In this document: piece after piece, positions 39,398 to 48,165 of the stretch
Layout of the letters: each line of letters starts with the position of its first letter
Position numbering within the stretch: position 1 is the first letter of the stretch
NCBI GenBank assembly: GCA_963749075.1
Contig: CAVVLJ010000016.1
Location: 384,001-448,000, forward strand
Length of the DNA stretch: 64,000 nt
Direction of reading: 5' to 3'
From: an uncultured Pseudomonadota bacterium
GTDB lineage: Bacteria > Pseudomonadota > Alphaproteobacteria > JACZXZ01
Notes under the pieces: generated by a model
The model's input: the letters and a program-made list of their open reading frames with translations, nothing else
Database searches by the model: none
What the model was told of the DNA's origin: nothing
Position numbers and translations under genes: made by a program

Positions 39398-40357
39398 CTA
39401 GCGCGCTGCGAGCCGGCGCCGCCGCACCACGCGCTCGCGGTGCGCGGTATAGATGCCGCTCGCCACGATGATCGCGGCACCGGTCACCGTCTCAAGGTCG
39501 GGCACGTTGCCGAAGATCGCCATCCCGAGCAGGCTCGACCATACGATCTGCGTGTAGGAGAAGGGTGCGAGCACCGAGGCCTCGGCGCGGCGGTAGGCCA
39601 GGACCACGAGCCATTGGCCCACGGAGCTCGCCACGCCGATGAAGATGCCGAGAGCCACCTGTGCCAGGTCGGGCGTCACCCAGACGACGGGGAGGGCGGC
39701 GCTGAGCGCCACGAAGCCGGTGCCGGCCGCGTAGGTCAGCATCGTGGTGGTGCCGTCGGTGCCGCTCATCTTGCGCGTGATCACGAGCGCCATGCTCCAG
39801 CTCGCCGCCGAGAGGAGCGGGAAGACCGCGGCAGGGTTGAAGGCGGTGGTGCCGGGCCGCACCACGATGACGACGCCGATGATGCCGACGACGATGGCGG
39901 CCCAGCGCCGCACGCCGACCGTCTCGCCGAGGAGCGGGATGGAGAGGGCCGTGGTGAAGAGCGGCGAGACGAAGCTCGTCGCCGTCGCGTCCGCCATCGG
40001 CATGTAGCTGATCGCCAGGATGAAGAGCAGGCTCGAGCCGAGCAGGCCGCAGCCGCGCACGAGCTGGAGCCGCGGGTTCCGCGAGCGCAGGCCGGCGCCG
40101 CCGTGCCGCACGAGTGCTGGCGTGATGAGCAGCACGAAGGTGGCGTAGCGGAGCCAGGCGATCTCGACCGCGGGCAGCGATTGCGTGAGGTACTTCGCCG
40201 TCGCGTCGGAGGCGGAGAAGACGATCATCGAGGCGACGACGATGAGGATGCCGGCGAGCGGCTCGTCGCTGCGCGCCTCGACCGCCGCGAGCGAAACCTG
40301 CGGTGCCGGTGCCGTGGCGCTCTCGGCTTCGCGCGGCGTGGACGGGCGCTTGGTCAC
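39398..40357 (-). CDS. DMT/EamA family transporter
   Basis: About 10 TM helices; LLGETVGVRRW and AEASVLAPFSY motifs. Confidence 0.88.
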   Translation of the reverse strand: MTKRPSTPREAESATAPAPQVSLAAVEARSDEPLAGILIVVASMIVFSASDATAKYLTQSLPAVEIAWLRYATFVLLITPALVRHGGAGLRSRNPRLQLVRGCGLLGSSLLFILAISYMPMADATATSFVSPLFTTALSIPLLGETVGVRRWAAIVVGIIGVVIVVRPGTTAFNPAAVFPLLSAASWSMALVITRKMSGTDGTTTMLTYAAGTGFVALSAALPVVWVTPDLAQVALGIFIGVASSVGQWLVVLAYRRAEASVLAPFSYTQIVWSSLLGMAIFGNVPDLETVTGAAIIVASGIYTAHRERVVRRRRLAAR

Positions 40358-40529
40358 CTTGGGCTCTCGTTTCTCGCGCCGCGTCGGCGGCTTTCGCGGC
40401 GGCCACAATAGCGGCGCCGGGTCCGGCGAGAAAGCCCGCCGGCGCCGCCTTATGGCGGCCACGGAAAGTGATGCATAATCGCGCGCAAGCCGCCGGAGCG
40501 GCGGGCAACCCGGAGCAGCGGAAACGGCC

Positions 40530-41231
40530 ATGGGACACGAGACGCCGCCGTCCGGCGGGCAGAGGAGCGAGCGGGCGCCTGCCCTCGAGCGCGTGCTCCT
40601 GGCACTCCTCGCCCTCGTCCTCGCCGGCAAGGCCGGCGCGCTCGGGCGGGATGCCTTCCTCATGCTGCGGGAGATCGAGCCCGGCGAGCCCGACGCGATG
40701 CTGCTGGCGAACGTGATCGGCGCTGCGACGGCCTGCGCCTATGTGCTGCTGCTCGCTTGCCTCTTCATGATCCGGCCGCCGGCCTTGGCCAAGTACCGCG
40801 AGCTCTGGCCGCGGCTGGCCGCACTCCTCGGCAGCCTGCTGCCGTTCGCCGTGCCGTTCTTTCCGCCCGCCGAGGAGTTGCCGTACGAGCTGCACCTTGC
40901 CGCTAGCGCGATCAGCCTCGTCGGCATGGCGTTCGCGCTCTACATCCTAGTCTGGCTCGGCCGCTCCTTCAGCATCACCCCCCAGGCCCGCGGGCTGGTG
41001 ACGCGCGGCCCCTACCGCTACCTGCGCCATCCGCTCTACGCGGCGGAATACGTCGCCGGCCTCGGCGTGATGGCCCACTATCTTTCGCTCTGGGCGATCC
41101 TCATCACCCTCGCCCAGGGTGCCCTGCAGGTCTGCCGCATGCATTACGAGGAGCGCCTGCTGCGCCAGGTCTTTCCGGACTATGACGACTATGCCGCAAG
41201 GACGGCGCGCGTCCTGCCCGGCATCTACTAG
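40530..41231 (+). CDS. Isoprenylcysteine carboxyl methyltransferase (ICMT/PEMT) family membrane protein
   Basis: LGRSFSI, LVTRGPYRYLRHPLY and EERLL..F..Y..Y motifs. Confidence 0.85.
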   Translation: MGHETPPSGGQRSERAPALERVLLALLALVLAGKAGALGRDAFLMLREIEPGEPDAMLLANVIGAATACAYVLLLACLFMIRPPALAKYRELWPRLAALLGSLLPFAVPFFPPAEELPYELHLAASAISLVGMAFALYILVWLGRSFSITPQARGLVTRGPYRYLRHPLYAAEYVAGLGVMAHYLSLWAILITLAQGALQVCRMHYEERLLRQVFPDYDDYAARTARVLPGIY

Positions 41232-41301
41232 GCGAATGCCGCCAGCGGCCGCGGCAACGTCGCCGCGGCGATTGCGTTTGCCGCCCGACGCGCGCCGGTG
41301 T

Positions 41302-41838
41302 CTACTTCTTCTTCGGAGCGCCCGCGCTCACGATGCGGTCGAAGACCACGGTGAAGTCCGCCGGCTTACCTTGCGCATCAGGCGCCGTGCCCGAGCAGGT
41401 CATCTTCTTCCGATCGGGCGACAGCGTGCAGGTCGACGTGCTGCCGGTCTCGGACTTCTTGCTCGTGAACTTGCTCTGCAACGAGCCGTCGGGCAGCACC
41501 GTGTAGGCGCGCGTCGCCCCGTCGTCGCGGCCCTTGACCGGGTAGGGCTTGCCGTCGAAGGCGCCGTCGAAGCCCTCGGAGCGCTCGGAGCCGTCCGGAT
41601 AGGTGATCTCGAGCGACATTTGCACGCGGTTGTAGTCGGTGTGCCCGTGCCCCGTGAAGTTCTTGATGTCCCAAATGATTTCCTGGGGCGCCGCGACTCC
41701 AGGAACGAGCTTGGACTCGTCCTTGTTCCAGTGCCAGGCACCGGAGAACGGGCTGATCGTCATCGCCGCCCGGACCGGGATCACGGCCGCCAAAGCCAAG
41801 AGACCGGCCGCCGCTGCGCCAATCGCCAATCGCCTCAT
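41302..41838 (-). CDS. Secreted hypothetical protein, predicted beta-rich, with one Cys pair
   Basis: Sec signal ending VRA; FSGAWHWNKDES, FDGKPYPV, CTLSPDRKKMTC and VFDR segments; AGGAGG RBS. Confidence 0.75.
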   Translation of the reverse strand: MRRLAIGAAAAGLLALAAVIPVRAAMTISPFSGAWHWNKDESKLVPGVAAPQEIIWDIKNFTGHGHTDYNRVQMSLEITYPDGSERSEGFDGAFDGKPYPVKGRDDGATRAYTVLPDGSLQSKFTSKKSETGSTSTCTLSPDRKKMTCSGTAPDAQGKPADFTVVFDRIVSAGAPKKK

Positions 41839-41931
41839 GGGAACCTCCTTCTCTGGATCAGGATGGGATCGTATCACCGCCCAAGGCGAAATTCAGCAGC
41901 CAAAACGGGGCATCGCCGAAGCCCTCGCCGG

Positions 41932-43083
41932 TCAGGCCTCGGCCCGGCGCGCGGCCGGCTCGGCGTAGCGCGCGCCCATATAGGCGAGGCTGATCTCGGT
42001 GATCGCCTTCTTCATCAGGCGGCAATGCAGCGTCTCGGTGCCTTCGAAGGTGCCGAGCTCGTAGAACTTGTTGGAGGGGGCGCCGCCGCCGCAAACCTCG
42101 AAATACTCGCAACTAGCCCGGCATTGCTCCACCCCCCGCGTGACCGCGCCCTTGAGGCGCGCGTACCGCCCGCCGGCGAGGATGGCCGCGAGATCCTCGG
42201 TCAGGAGATTGCCGATGGTGAAATTGTCCCATTCCGCGTTCTCCATGCCCAGGAGCTCGGGCGAGAACGTCGAGCAGTTGCCGAGATGGTCCACGCTCAA
42301 GATCGACAAGGGGGCGCTCTCGGTCGAGACGAAGTCGGGCGGCCGCGACAGGATGAGCCGCACGCACTGCTGCAGTTCGCGGATCATGAGGGGCCGGCCG
42401 TGCGCGTCGTTGAGCTCGAGGAGCCGCGTGAAGAAGCGCGTGAATTTCGCCGGCGCCTCCTCGTCGCTCAGCGTCGACGACTTGTTCTCCGCCTCGATCT
42501 CGTCGATGTTGAAGCCGACGCTGGAGATGCGGTTGCCGGCGAAGAAGTCGAAGATGGCGTCGGGATTCTCGATGGAGGGCTGCGTCAGCACCGCGATGAC
42601 GTGGAACGGCAGCGCTGCCTCCTGAAGGAGCCGCACGCCGCGCATGGTCGCCGCGAAGGTCCCCTTGCCGGCGCGCGTACGCCGGTTGACGTCGTGGATC
42701 TCCTGCGGCCCGTCCAGGCTTACGCCGACCTGAATGTTGTGCTCCTTGATCAGCTGGATCCAGTCGGCGTTCAAAAGCGTGCCGTTCGTCTGGAAGCTGT
42801 AGCGGATCGCGGTGCCGGCCGGCAGGTGCCGCGCCATCTCGGCGAATGCCGCCCGGTACCAGTCGACCGGTGCCGCGAGCGGCTCGCCCGCATGCCAGAC
42901 GATGCTGATGTCCGGCGGCAGCGGCGAGAAATAGTCGAAGAGCTTCTTCGCGATGACGCTCAAAGTCTCGAGCGTCATCCGCGCCTTGGAGGTGCGGTTG
43001 GGCAGGTAGCAATAGGCGCAGTCGATGTTGCAGAACGGCGTCGCCTGAATGACCAGGAGCTCAGGGAACTGGACCCGATCCAT
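41932..43083 (-). CDS. grrM: Radical SAM/SPASM peptide maturase, GrrM/OscB-like cyclophane (triceptide) synthase
   Basis: LVIQATPFCNIDCAYCY (CxxxCxxC), WHAGEP, QTNG and VSLDGP motifs; SPASM region STFSPE, CRASCEYFEVCGGGAPSNK and ETLHC. Confidence 0.85.
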   Translation of the reverse strand: MDRVQFPELLVIQATPFCNIDCAYCYLPNRTSKARMTLETLSVIAKKLFDYFSPLPPDISIVWHAGEPLAAPVDWYRAAFAEMARHLPAGTAIRYSFQTNGTLLNADWIQLIKEHNIQVGVSLDGPQEIHDVNRRTRAGKGTFAATMRGVRLLQEAALPFHVIAVLTQPSIENPDAIFDFFAGNRISSVGFNIDEIEAENKSSTLSDEEAPAKFTRFFTRLLELNDAHGRPLMIRELQQCVRLILSRPPDFVSTESAPLSILSVDHLGNCSTFSPELLGMENAEWDNFTIGNLLTEDLAAILAGGRYARLKGAVTRGVEQCRASCEYFEVCGGGAPSNKFYELGTFEGTETLHCRLMKKAITEISLAYMGARYAEPAARRAEA

Positions 43084-43118
43084 CGGCAAACACGTCGAGC
43101 GCCCGAACGCGCGAGCGC

Positions 43119-43472
43119 TCAGAAATTGCCCCAGAAGCCGTTGCCCCAATTGTGCCAATTGTGCCAATTGTTCCAGGGCACATAGTGGCTGCCCCAATTC
43201 GGCCAATTGACCCACTGCACCTTGGTCAGAAGGTTCTCGCGCAGAAGCTCGTCGGTCACGGCCGGGTTCGCCATGGCAAGCGTCCGCACGGCGTTCACGC
43301 GCTCGCCCAGCGACGGCACCGGCTCGATGGCCTTGGCGGGACTCGCCGAGACCGCGACGCCGGCAACAAGCGCTGCCGCACCCGCCCCCAGCAAGAATTT
43401 GCGGCCCATCATCGACGTTTCAGCGGGAGAAGCCTGCGGATTCTCAGCCTTGCCGTCAAGACGCTTCGCCAT
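43119..43472 (-). CDS. RiPP precursor peptide (GrrA/OscA-like), 117 aa, with a W-x-N repeat core
   Basis: GGAGG RBS. The C-terminus is QWVNWPNWGSHYVPWNNWHNWHNWGNGFWGNF, and the gene lies immediately upstream of the rSAM gene. Confidence 0.85.
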   Translation of the reverse strand: MAKRLDGKAENPQASPAETSMMGRKFLLGAGAAALVAGVAVSASPAKAIEPVPSLGERVNAVRTLAMANPAVTDELLRENLLTKVQWVNWPNWGSHYVPWNNWHNWHNWGNGFWGNF

Positions 43473-43613
43473 TACCGATCCTCCCATCAAACCAAAGCCG
43501 TAGACGCATTTTGTCACCGCGCCATGCTAAAGGTCAAGAACGATCGTCCCTTGAACGCCTGCCGAGGGCGGCGGTTCCGCGGGGACGCGCGGGCCTTCCG
43601 GCCGGGCATCGGC

Positions 43614-44810
43614 TCAACTCTTGCGGGATTTGCGGGTGCGCGCCGCGCGCGTGGCCGGCGGCAGCGAGACCTTGCCCACATAGGTCGTGAACTCGCCGTG
43701 CTTGCGGTAGGCCTCGCCGTACTTGGCCACCTTGTCCTCGTCGATCTCGACGCCTAGGCCGGGCTTCTCGATGCGGCCCCAGCGCGGCCCGTCGGCGATC
43801 GGCAGTCGCTCGCTGAGGATGTCGTCCTCCATGAGCTGCGCCGTCTGCTGGTGCCCGAGGCAGGCATTGGGGATCGTCAGCATGATGTGCTGGCCGGCCG
43901 CGGCGGTGAGGCCGAGCTCGCCATGGGTGTGCTTGCAGACGAGCCAGCCCTCCATGTGCCCGGCATGGCAGAGCATGTGCCAGCGCGCGAGCGAGCCGAC
44001 CCAATATTGCGAGAAGCAGAGATAGTGCCCGGCGCGGGCCCGGATGATGCGCCAGGCATCGGCTTCGCGCCACAGGCCCTCGTTGACGCAGATCGGCACG
44101 TCCGTCTGCCGCATGAGGTCGAGATTGTTCTCGATCGGATCGATGCGCACCGGCGCCTCGGCGAAGTCGAGCGTGAACTTGCCGTGCCAGCGCTTCAAGA
44201 GCCGCACCGCCGTCGGCATGTCCCAGGCCTGGTTCACGTCGATGCGGATCCTGCCCTCGGGTCCGATGCCGTCGCGCAGCGCCTCGAGCATCGCCTCCTC
44301 CTTCTTCTCGTCGACTCCGGCCTTGATGTAGTAGGTGCCGTATCCCCGCCCGACGCCGTCCTTGGCCTGGCGCGCGATCTCCTCGGGCGTGCCCCATTCC
44401 ATATAATAGAAATAGTCGACCTCCTCGCGCATCGCACCGCCGAACAGGCGATAGAGCGGCTCGCCGCACGCCTTGCCGCAGAGATCCCACAGCGCCATGT
44501 CGATGCCGGCGTAGGCGAAGTTGCCGGTCATCGGCTGGAACGCCCAGAGCGCCGGGATCGCGAGATCGCGGTGGATAGCCTCCTTGTCCCAGGGGTCGCG
44601 CCCGAGCACGAGCGGCGTCATCGCCTTGATAGCACTCTCGATGCCCGGCACGTCGGCGGCGCGCGTGCATTCGCCCCAGCCGACGAGGCCGTTGCTTGCT
44701 GTCGCCTTGACGAGGACGTCGGCGACGCCGGCGCGGGCGATGAGCGAGCTCGCCTCGACGTGCTTGTAGGGAACGCGGACGGGAATGGCTTCGAGCTTGA
44801 CCACCTTCAT
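43614..44810 (-). CDS. Mandelate racemase/muconate lactonizing enzyme (enolase superfamily) protein
   Basis: GWGE, IDMALWDLCGK, RIDVNQ, FAEAP, NEG and PGLGVEID motifs. Confidence 0.88.
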   Translation of the reverse strand: MKVVKLEAIPVRVPYKHVEASSLIARAGVADVLVKATASNGLVGWGECTRAADVPGIESAIKAMTPLVLGRDPWDKEAIHRDLAIPALWAFQPMTGNFAYAGIDMALWDLCGKACGEPLYRLFGGAMREEVDYFYYMEWGTPEEIARQAKDGVGRGYGTYYIKAGVDEKKEEAMLEALRDGIGPEGRIRIDVNQAWDMPTAVRLLKRWHGKFTLDFAEAPVRIDPIENNLDLMRQTDVPICVNEGLWREADAWRIIRARAGHYLCFSQYWVGSLARWHMLCHAGHMEGWLVCKHTHGELGLTAAAGQHIMLTIPNACLGHQQTAQLMEDDILSERLPIADGPRWGRIEKPGLGVEIDEDKVAKYGEAYRKHGEFTTYVGKVSLPPATRAARTRKSRKS

Positions 44811-44837
44811 GGCGCACCTTTCGCGTATGTTGACGGA

Positions 44838-45521
44838 TCAACGGCCTCGGCCCATGCGCGACTCCATGTAGCGCACGGAGAGCGACAGCGGATAGCACAT
44901 GACGAAATAGATGCCGGCGACCAGCACGAAGACCGCCATGGGCTGGTACTCGGCAAAGGCGATGCTCTTGGCGTCGTTCATCAATTCGTTGACGCCGATG
45001 AGCGAGCAAAGCGCCGTGTCCTTCACCAGGCCGATGGCATAGTTGGCGACCGGCGGCAGCACGATGCGCACGGCCTGCGGCAGGATGATGTGGGCCATGG
45101 CCTTCGCCGGCGTCATGCCGAGGGATAGTGCTGCCTCGCGCTGGCCGCCGTGCAAGGCCTCGATGCCCGCGCGGAAGACCTCGGCAAGGATGGCCCCGCC
45201 GTGGATGCCGAGGCCGAGCACGGCACCCACGAAGGCGTCGAGCCACGTCCAATTGATGTCGGGGACCAATTGCGGCGGCACGAAGTAGACGATGTAGAGG
45301 AGCACGACGATGGGCAGCCCGCGCGCGACCTCGATATAGACCACGGCGGCGGTGCGGAGGATGCGGTGGCGCGAGGTGCGGCAGAGCGCCATCGCGAGGC
45401 CGATGGCGATGGCCAGGAGGAACGATACGGCGGCGATCGCCAGCGTCGTCTGGCAGAACGACAGCAGCTCCGGCAGCCAGCGGCCGATGTTGGCGGCGTA
45501 CACCTTGGGAAGATCGAGCAT
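44838..45521 (-). CDS. Polar amino acid ABC permease
   Basis: ARGLP and AEVFRAGIEALHGGQREAALSLG motifs. Confidence 0.9.
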   Translation of the reverse strand: MLDLPKVYAANIGRWLPELLSFCQTTLAIAAVSFLLAIAIGLAMALCRTSRHRILRTAAVVYIEVARGLPIVVLLYIVYFVPPQLVPDINWTWLDAFVGAVLGLGIHGGAILAEVFRAGIEALHGGQREAALSLGMTPAKAMAHIILPQAVRIVLPPVANYAIGLVKDTALCSLIGVNELMNDAKSIAFAEYQPMAVFVLVAGIYFVMCYPLSLSVRYMESRMGRGR

Positions 45522-45536
45522 GGCCGGCGGCGGTCC

Positions 45537-46202
45537 TTAGTGCCAGGCCCGTCGCGCCAGCTCGAGGCGGGCGGCCAGGCGGGCCATGGGGATGGTCATC
45601 GAGAGATAGATGGCGCCGGCCATGAGGTAGACCACGGCGCTCTGCAGCGTCTCGGTCACCAGGTTGCGCGCATAGGCCATGACTTCCGGAACCGCGACCG
45701 CATAGACGATCGCCGTGTCCTTCAAGAGGACGATCGCGAAATTGGTGATCGGCGGCAGCATGGTGCGCACCGCCTGCGGCAGGATGATGAACTGCATCGC
45801 GCGCGCCGGCGTCATGCCGAGCGTGAGCGCGGCCTCGAGCTGCCCCTTGTGGATCGCCTCGATGCCGGCGCGGTAAATCTCGGCGAGATAGGCCGCACCA
45901 TTGAGCCCGAGGCCCACGATGGCGGCTTCCAGCGGCGTCGGCTCGAGGCCGGCGTCGGGCAGCCCGAAATAGATCACGAAGAGCTGGACCAAGGCAGGGG
46001 TGCCGCGCAGGAACTCGATATAGGCGATCGCCGGATAGCGCACGATGCGCCAGCGCGACATGCGCAGAAGGGCGATGACCAGTCCGAAGGCAAGTGCGAA
46101 GAGGAGCGCTCCGGCCGTGACCTCGACGGTCGCCGGCAGCCCGCCGAGGAGCGTCGTGAGGAAATACCAGCCCCTCTCGGTCAGCACGTGGAGAAAACGC
46201 AT
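45537..46202 (-). CDS. Polar amino acid ABC permease
   Basis: LRGTPALVQLF and AEIYRAGIEAIHKGQLEAA motifs. Confidence 0.9.
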   Translation of the reverse strand: MRFLHVLTERGWYFLTTLLGGLPATVEVTAGALLFALAFGLVIALLRMSRWRIVRYPAIAYIEFLRGTPALVQLFVIYFGLPDAGLEPTPLEAAIVGLGLNGAAYLAEIYRAGIEAIHKGQLEAALTLGMTPARAMQFIILPQAVRTMLPPITNFAIVLLKDTAIVYAVAVPEVMAYARNLVTETLQSAVVYLMAGAIYLSMTIPMARLAARLELARRAWH

Positions 46203-46263
46203 GAGGGCGGGACCTTCTGGTGCTTTTCGCTAGGGCGTGATCCGAGCTGGCCGAAAGACCTGG

Positions 46264-46325
46264 CGTCACCCCCGCGAAGGCGGGGGTCCGCAAGCTGCTG
46301 GATTCCCGCTTTCGCGGGAATGACG
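46264..46325. repeat. REP-like extragenic palindromic element inside the ABC operon
   Basis: CGTCACCCCCGCGAAGGCGGGGGTCC ... CTGGATTCCCGCTTTCGCGGGAATGACG; same family as 8337-8415. Confidence 0.75.
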
Positions 46326-46361
46326 ATGTAAATATCCGTTTCGCTCCGACGGGATCATGCT

Positions 46362-47135
46362 CTACCGCTCCTGGATGTGCTTGAGGAACTCCCGCGTGCG
46401 CGGCAGCTGCGGATTGAAGAGGACCTCGCGCGGCGCGCCCTGCTCGACGATCTTGCCGCCGTCCATGAAGACCACGCGGTCGGAGACCTCGCCGGCGAAC
46501 TGGATCTCGTGCGTGACGATGACCATGGTGCGGCCCTCCTCGGCAAGCTGGCGCATGACGCGCAGGACCTCGCCGATGAGTTCGGGGTCGAGCGCCGAGG
46601 TCGCCTCGTCGAACAGCATGAGCTTCGGCTGCATGGCGAGCACGCGGGCGATCGCCACGCGTTGCTGCTGGCCGCCCGAGAGGCGCTCCGGGTACTCGCC
46701 CATCTTGTGGGCGAGGCCCACCTTGGTCAGCATCTCGCGGCCGCGCGCCTCGGCCTCCTCGCGCGGGAGCGCCAGCACCTTGCGCGGAGCGATCGTCACG
46801 TTGTCGAGCGCCGTGAGGTGCGGGAAGAGATTGAAGCGCTGGAAGACGAAGCCGATCTCCTGGCGCTCCTTGGCGAGCTCGCGGTCGCTCAGGTGGACGT
46901 AGCCGCCCTGCGTCTGGCGCTCTCCGATCAGGTTGCCGTCGATATAGACGTGGCCCGAGGTGGGCTTCTCGAGATAGTTGATGCAGCGCAGGAGCGTCGT
47001 CTTGCCCGAGCCGCTGGGACCGATGATGGCGACCTTCTCGCCGCGCGCCACGTCGAGGCTGACTCCTGAGAGCACCTCGAGCTCGCCGAATCGCTTGTGG
47101 AGATCGACGATGCGCAGCAGGGATTGCGCCGCCAT
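46362..47135 (-). CDS. Polar amino acid ABC ATPase (GlnQ-like)
   Basis: GPSGSGKT, LSGGQQQR and FDEATSALDPE motifs. Confidence 0.92.
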   Translation of the reverse strand: MAAQSLLRIVDLHKRFGELEVLSGVSLDVARGEKVAIIGPSGSGKTTLLRCINYLEKPTSGHVYIDGNLIGERQTQGGYVHLSDRELAKERQEIGFVFQRFNLFPHLTALDNVTIAPRKVLALPREEAEARGREMLTKVGLAHKMGEYPERLSGGQQQRVAIARVLAMQPKLMLFDEATSALDPELIGEVLRVMRQLAEEGRTMVIVTHEIQFAGEVSDRVVFMDGGKIVEQGAPREVLFNPQLPRTREFLKHIQER

Positions 47136-47274
47136 CACGCCCCCGAGCACGGACCGGCGCTGCCTCTGCCGGCCGCGCAACCGAGGGGCGGGCCACCGGC
47201 CCGCCCCGTTCCCGTTCGCTGAACCGCGGCCAAGCGTGCGACAGAGACGCCGCGGCGCCGCCCTATTTGAAGCC

Positions 47275-48165
47275 CTATTTGAAGCAGTGTGCCGCGGTCG
47301 GCGCCTTGTAGTCGGCCGGCCGGTCGACGCCGATGCGCGGGTCCTTCTCGGGCGGAATGAACCACGACTTGTCGCCCATCCCGTACTTGGCCATGGTCTT
47401 GACGTTGATGCAGTTGGGCCAGATGTCCTCGCGGATGATCTTGCTCATGGCCGCGGCGAGCTCGGGCTCCTCTTTGTTCACGCCGAAGATCACGTTGTAC
47501 TTGGTCGACATGATCGGGTACTTGGCCGCCATCGGGTCGAGCGGCAGCTGCTTGATCTTCCATTCGGGGTGCTGGACGATGCCCCATTGCACGAGGGGCG
47601 GGTCGAGGATGGCGATGTCGAGGCGGCCGGCGACGAGATCCTGGAGCACGCCGTCGGAGGTGTCGTAGAGCTTCACCTCGCCGATGCCCTCGATGCTCTT
47701 GAGCTCGGGCACCAGCGTGAAGCCCGTCACGGTGCCGGCCGAATGGCCTTTCATGTCGGCGAAGGTGTGGAAGTTGTTCGCGTCCTTCTGGGCGAGCAGC
47801 GTGCCGAAATAGTAGATCGGATCGGTCAGGTTCATGATCTTGGTGCGCGGCTCGATCCAGCCCATGGCACCGTGCATGACGTTGACCTTGCCTTGCTTGG
47901 TCGATTCGATCTCGGCGGCCCAGTCCATCTGCTGGACGACCGGCACGAGCCCCAGCTTCTTCGCGATATAGACCATCAATTCGCCGTCGGTCCCGCTCAG
48001 CACGCCATCCTTGAGCTGGGTCATCGGCATGTCGCCGTTCATGGCGATGTGGAGCTTGCCAGGCTCGATCGTCTTCACTTGGGCAGACGCGGGCATACTC
48101 GCGAGCCCGCCAGCGACGACCGCTACCGCGAAGGCGGCCGCCGCCCGACGCAGGTCGAATGTCAT
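47275..48165 (-). CDS. Polar amino acid ABC substrate-binding protein
   Basis: Signal peptide; GKLHIAMNG, GTDGEL and TDPIYY motifs; GGGAGG RBS. Confidence 0.85.
   Translation of the reverse strand: MTFDLRRAAAAFAVAVVAGGLASMPASAQVKTIEPGKLHIAMNGDMPMTQLKDGVLSGTDGELMVYIAKKLGLVPVVQQMDWAAEIESTKQGKVNVMHGAMGWIEPRTKIMNLTDPIYYFGTLLAQKDANNFHTFADMKGHSAGTVTGFTLVPELKSIEGIGEVKLYDTSDGVLQDLVAGRLDIAILDPPLVQWGIVQHPEWKIKQLPLDPMAAKYPIMSTKYNVIFGVNKEEPELAAAMSKIIREDIWPNCINVKTMAKYGMGDKSWFIPPEKDPRIGVDRPADYKAPTAAHCFK

Noticed and set aside
43119-43214. Repeats as a CRISPR array
   Set aside because: The units are 9 bp, coding and lack spacers; no CRISPR array or cas genes were seen in the window.
43083-43215. N-terminal extension of the rSAM ORF (MGQLAELGQPL...QLAQLAQL)
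   Set aside because: It is the alternative-frame reading of the precursor's WxN repeat; the rSAM most plausibly starts at 43083.
43534-47196. 1220-aa ORF, plus other long Arg/Ala/Gly-rich ORFs (e.g. 12936-15365, 41119-43185, 5174-7111)
   Set aside because: These are shadow frames of well-supported genes in high-GC DNA and contain no motifs.
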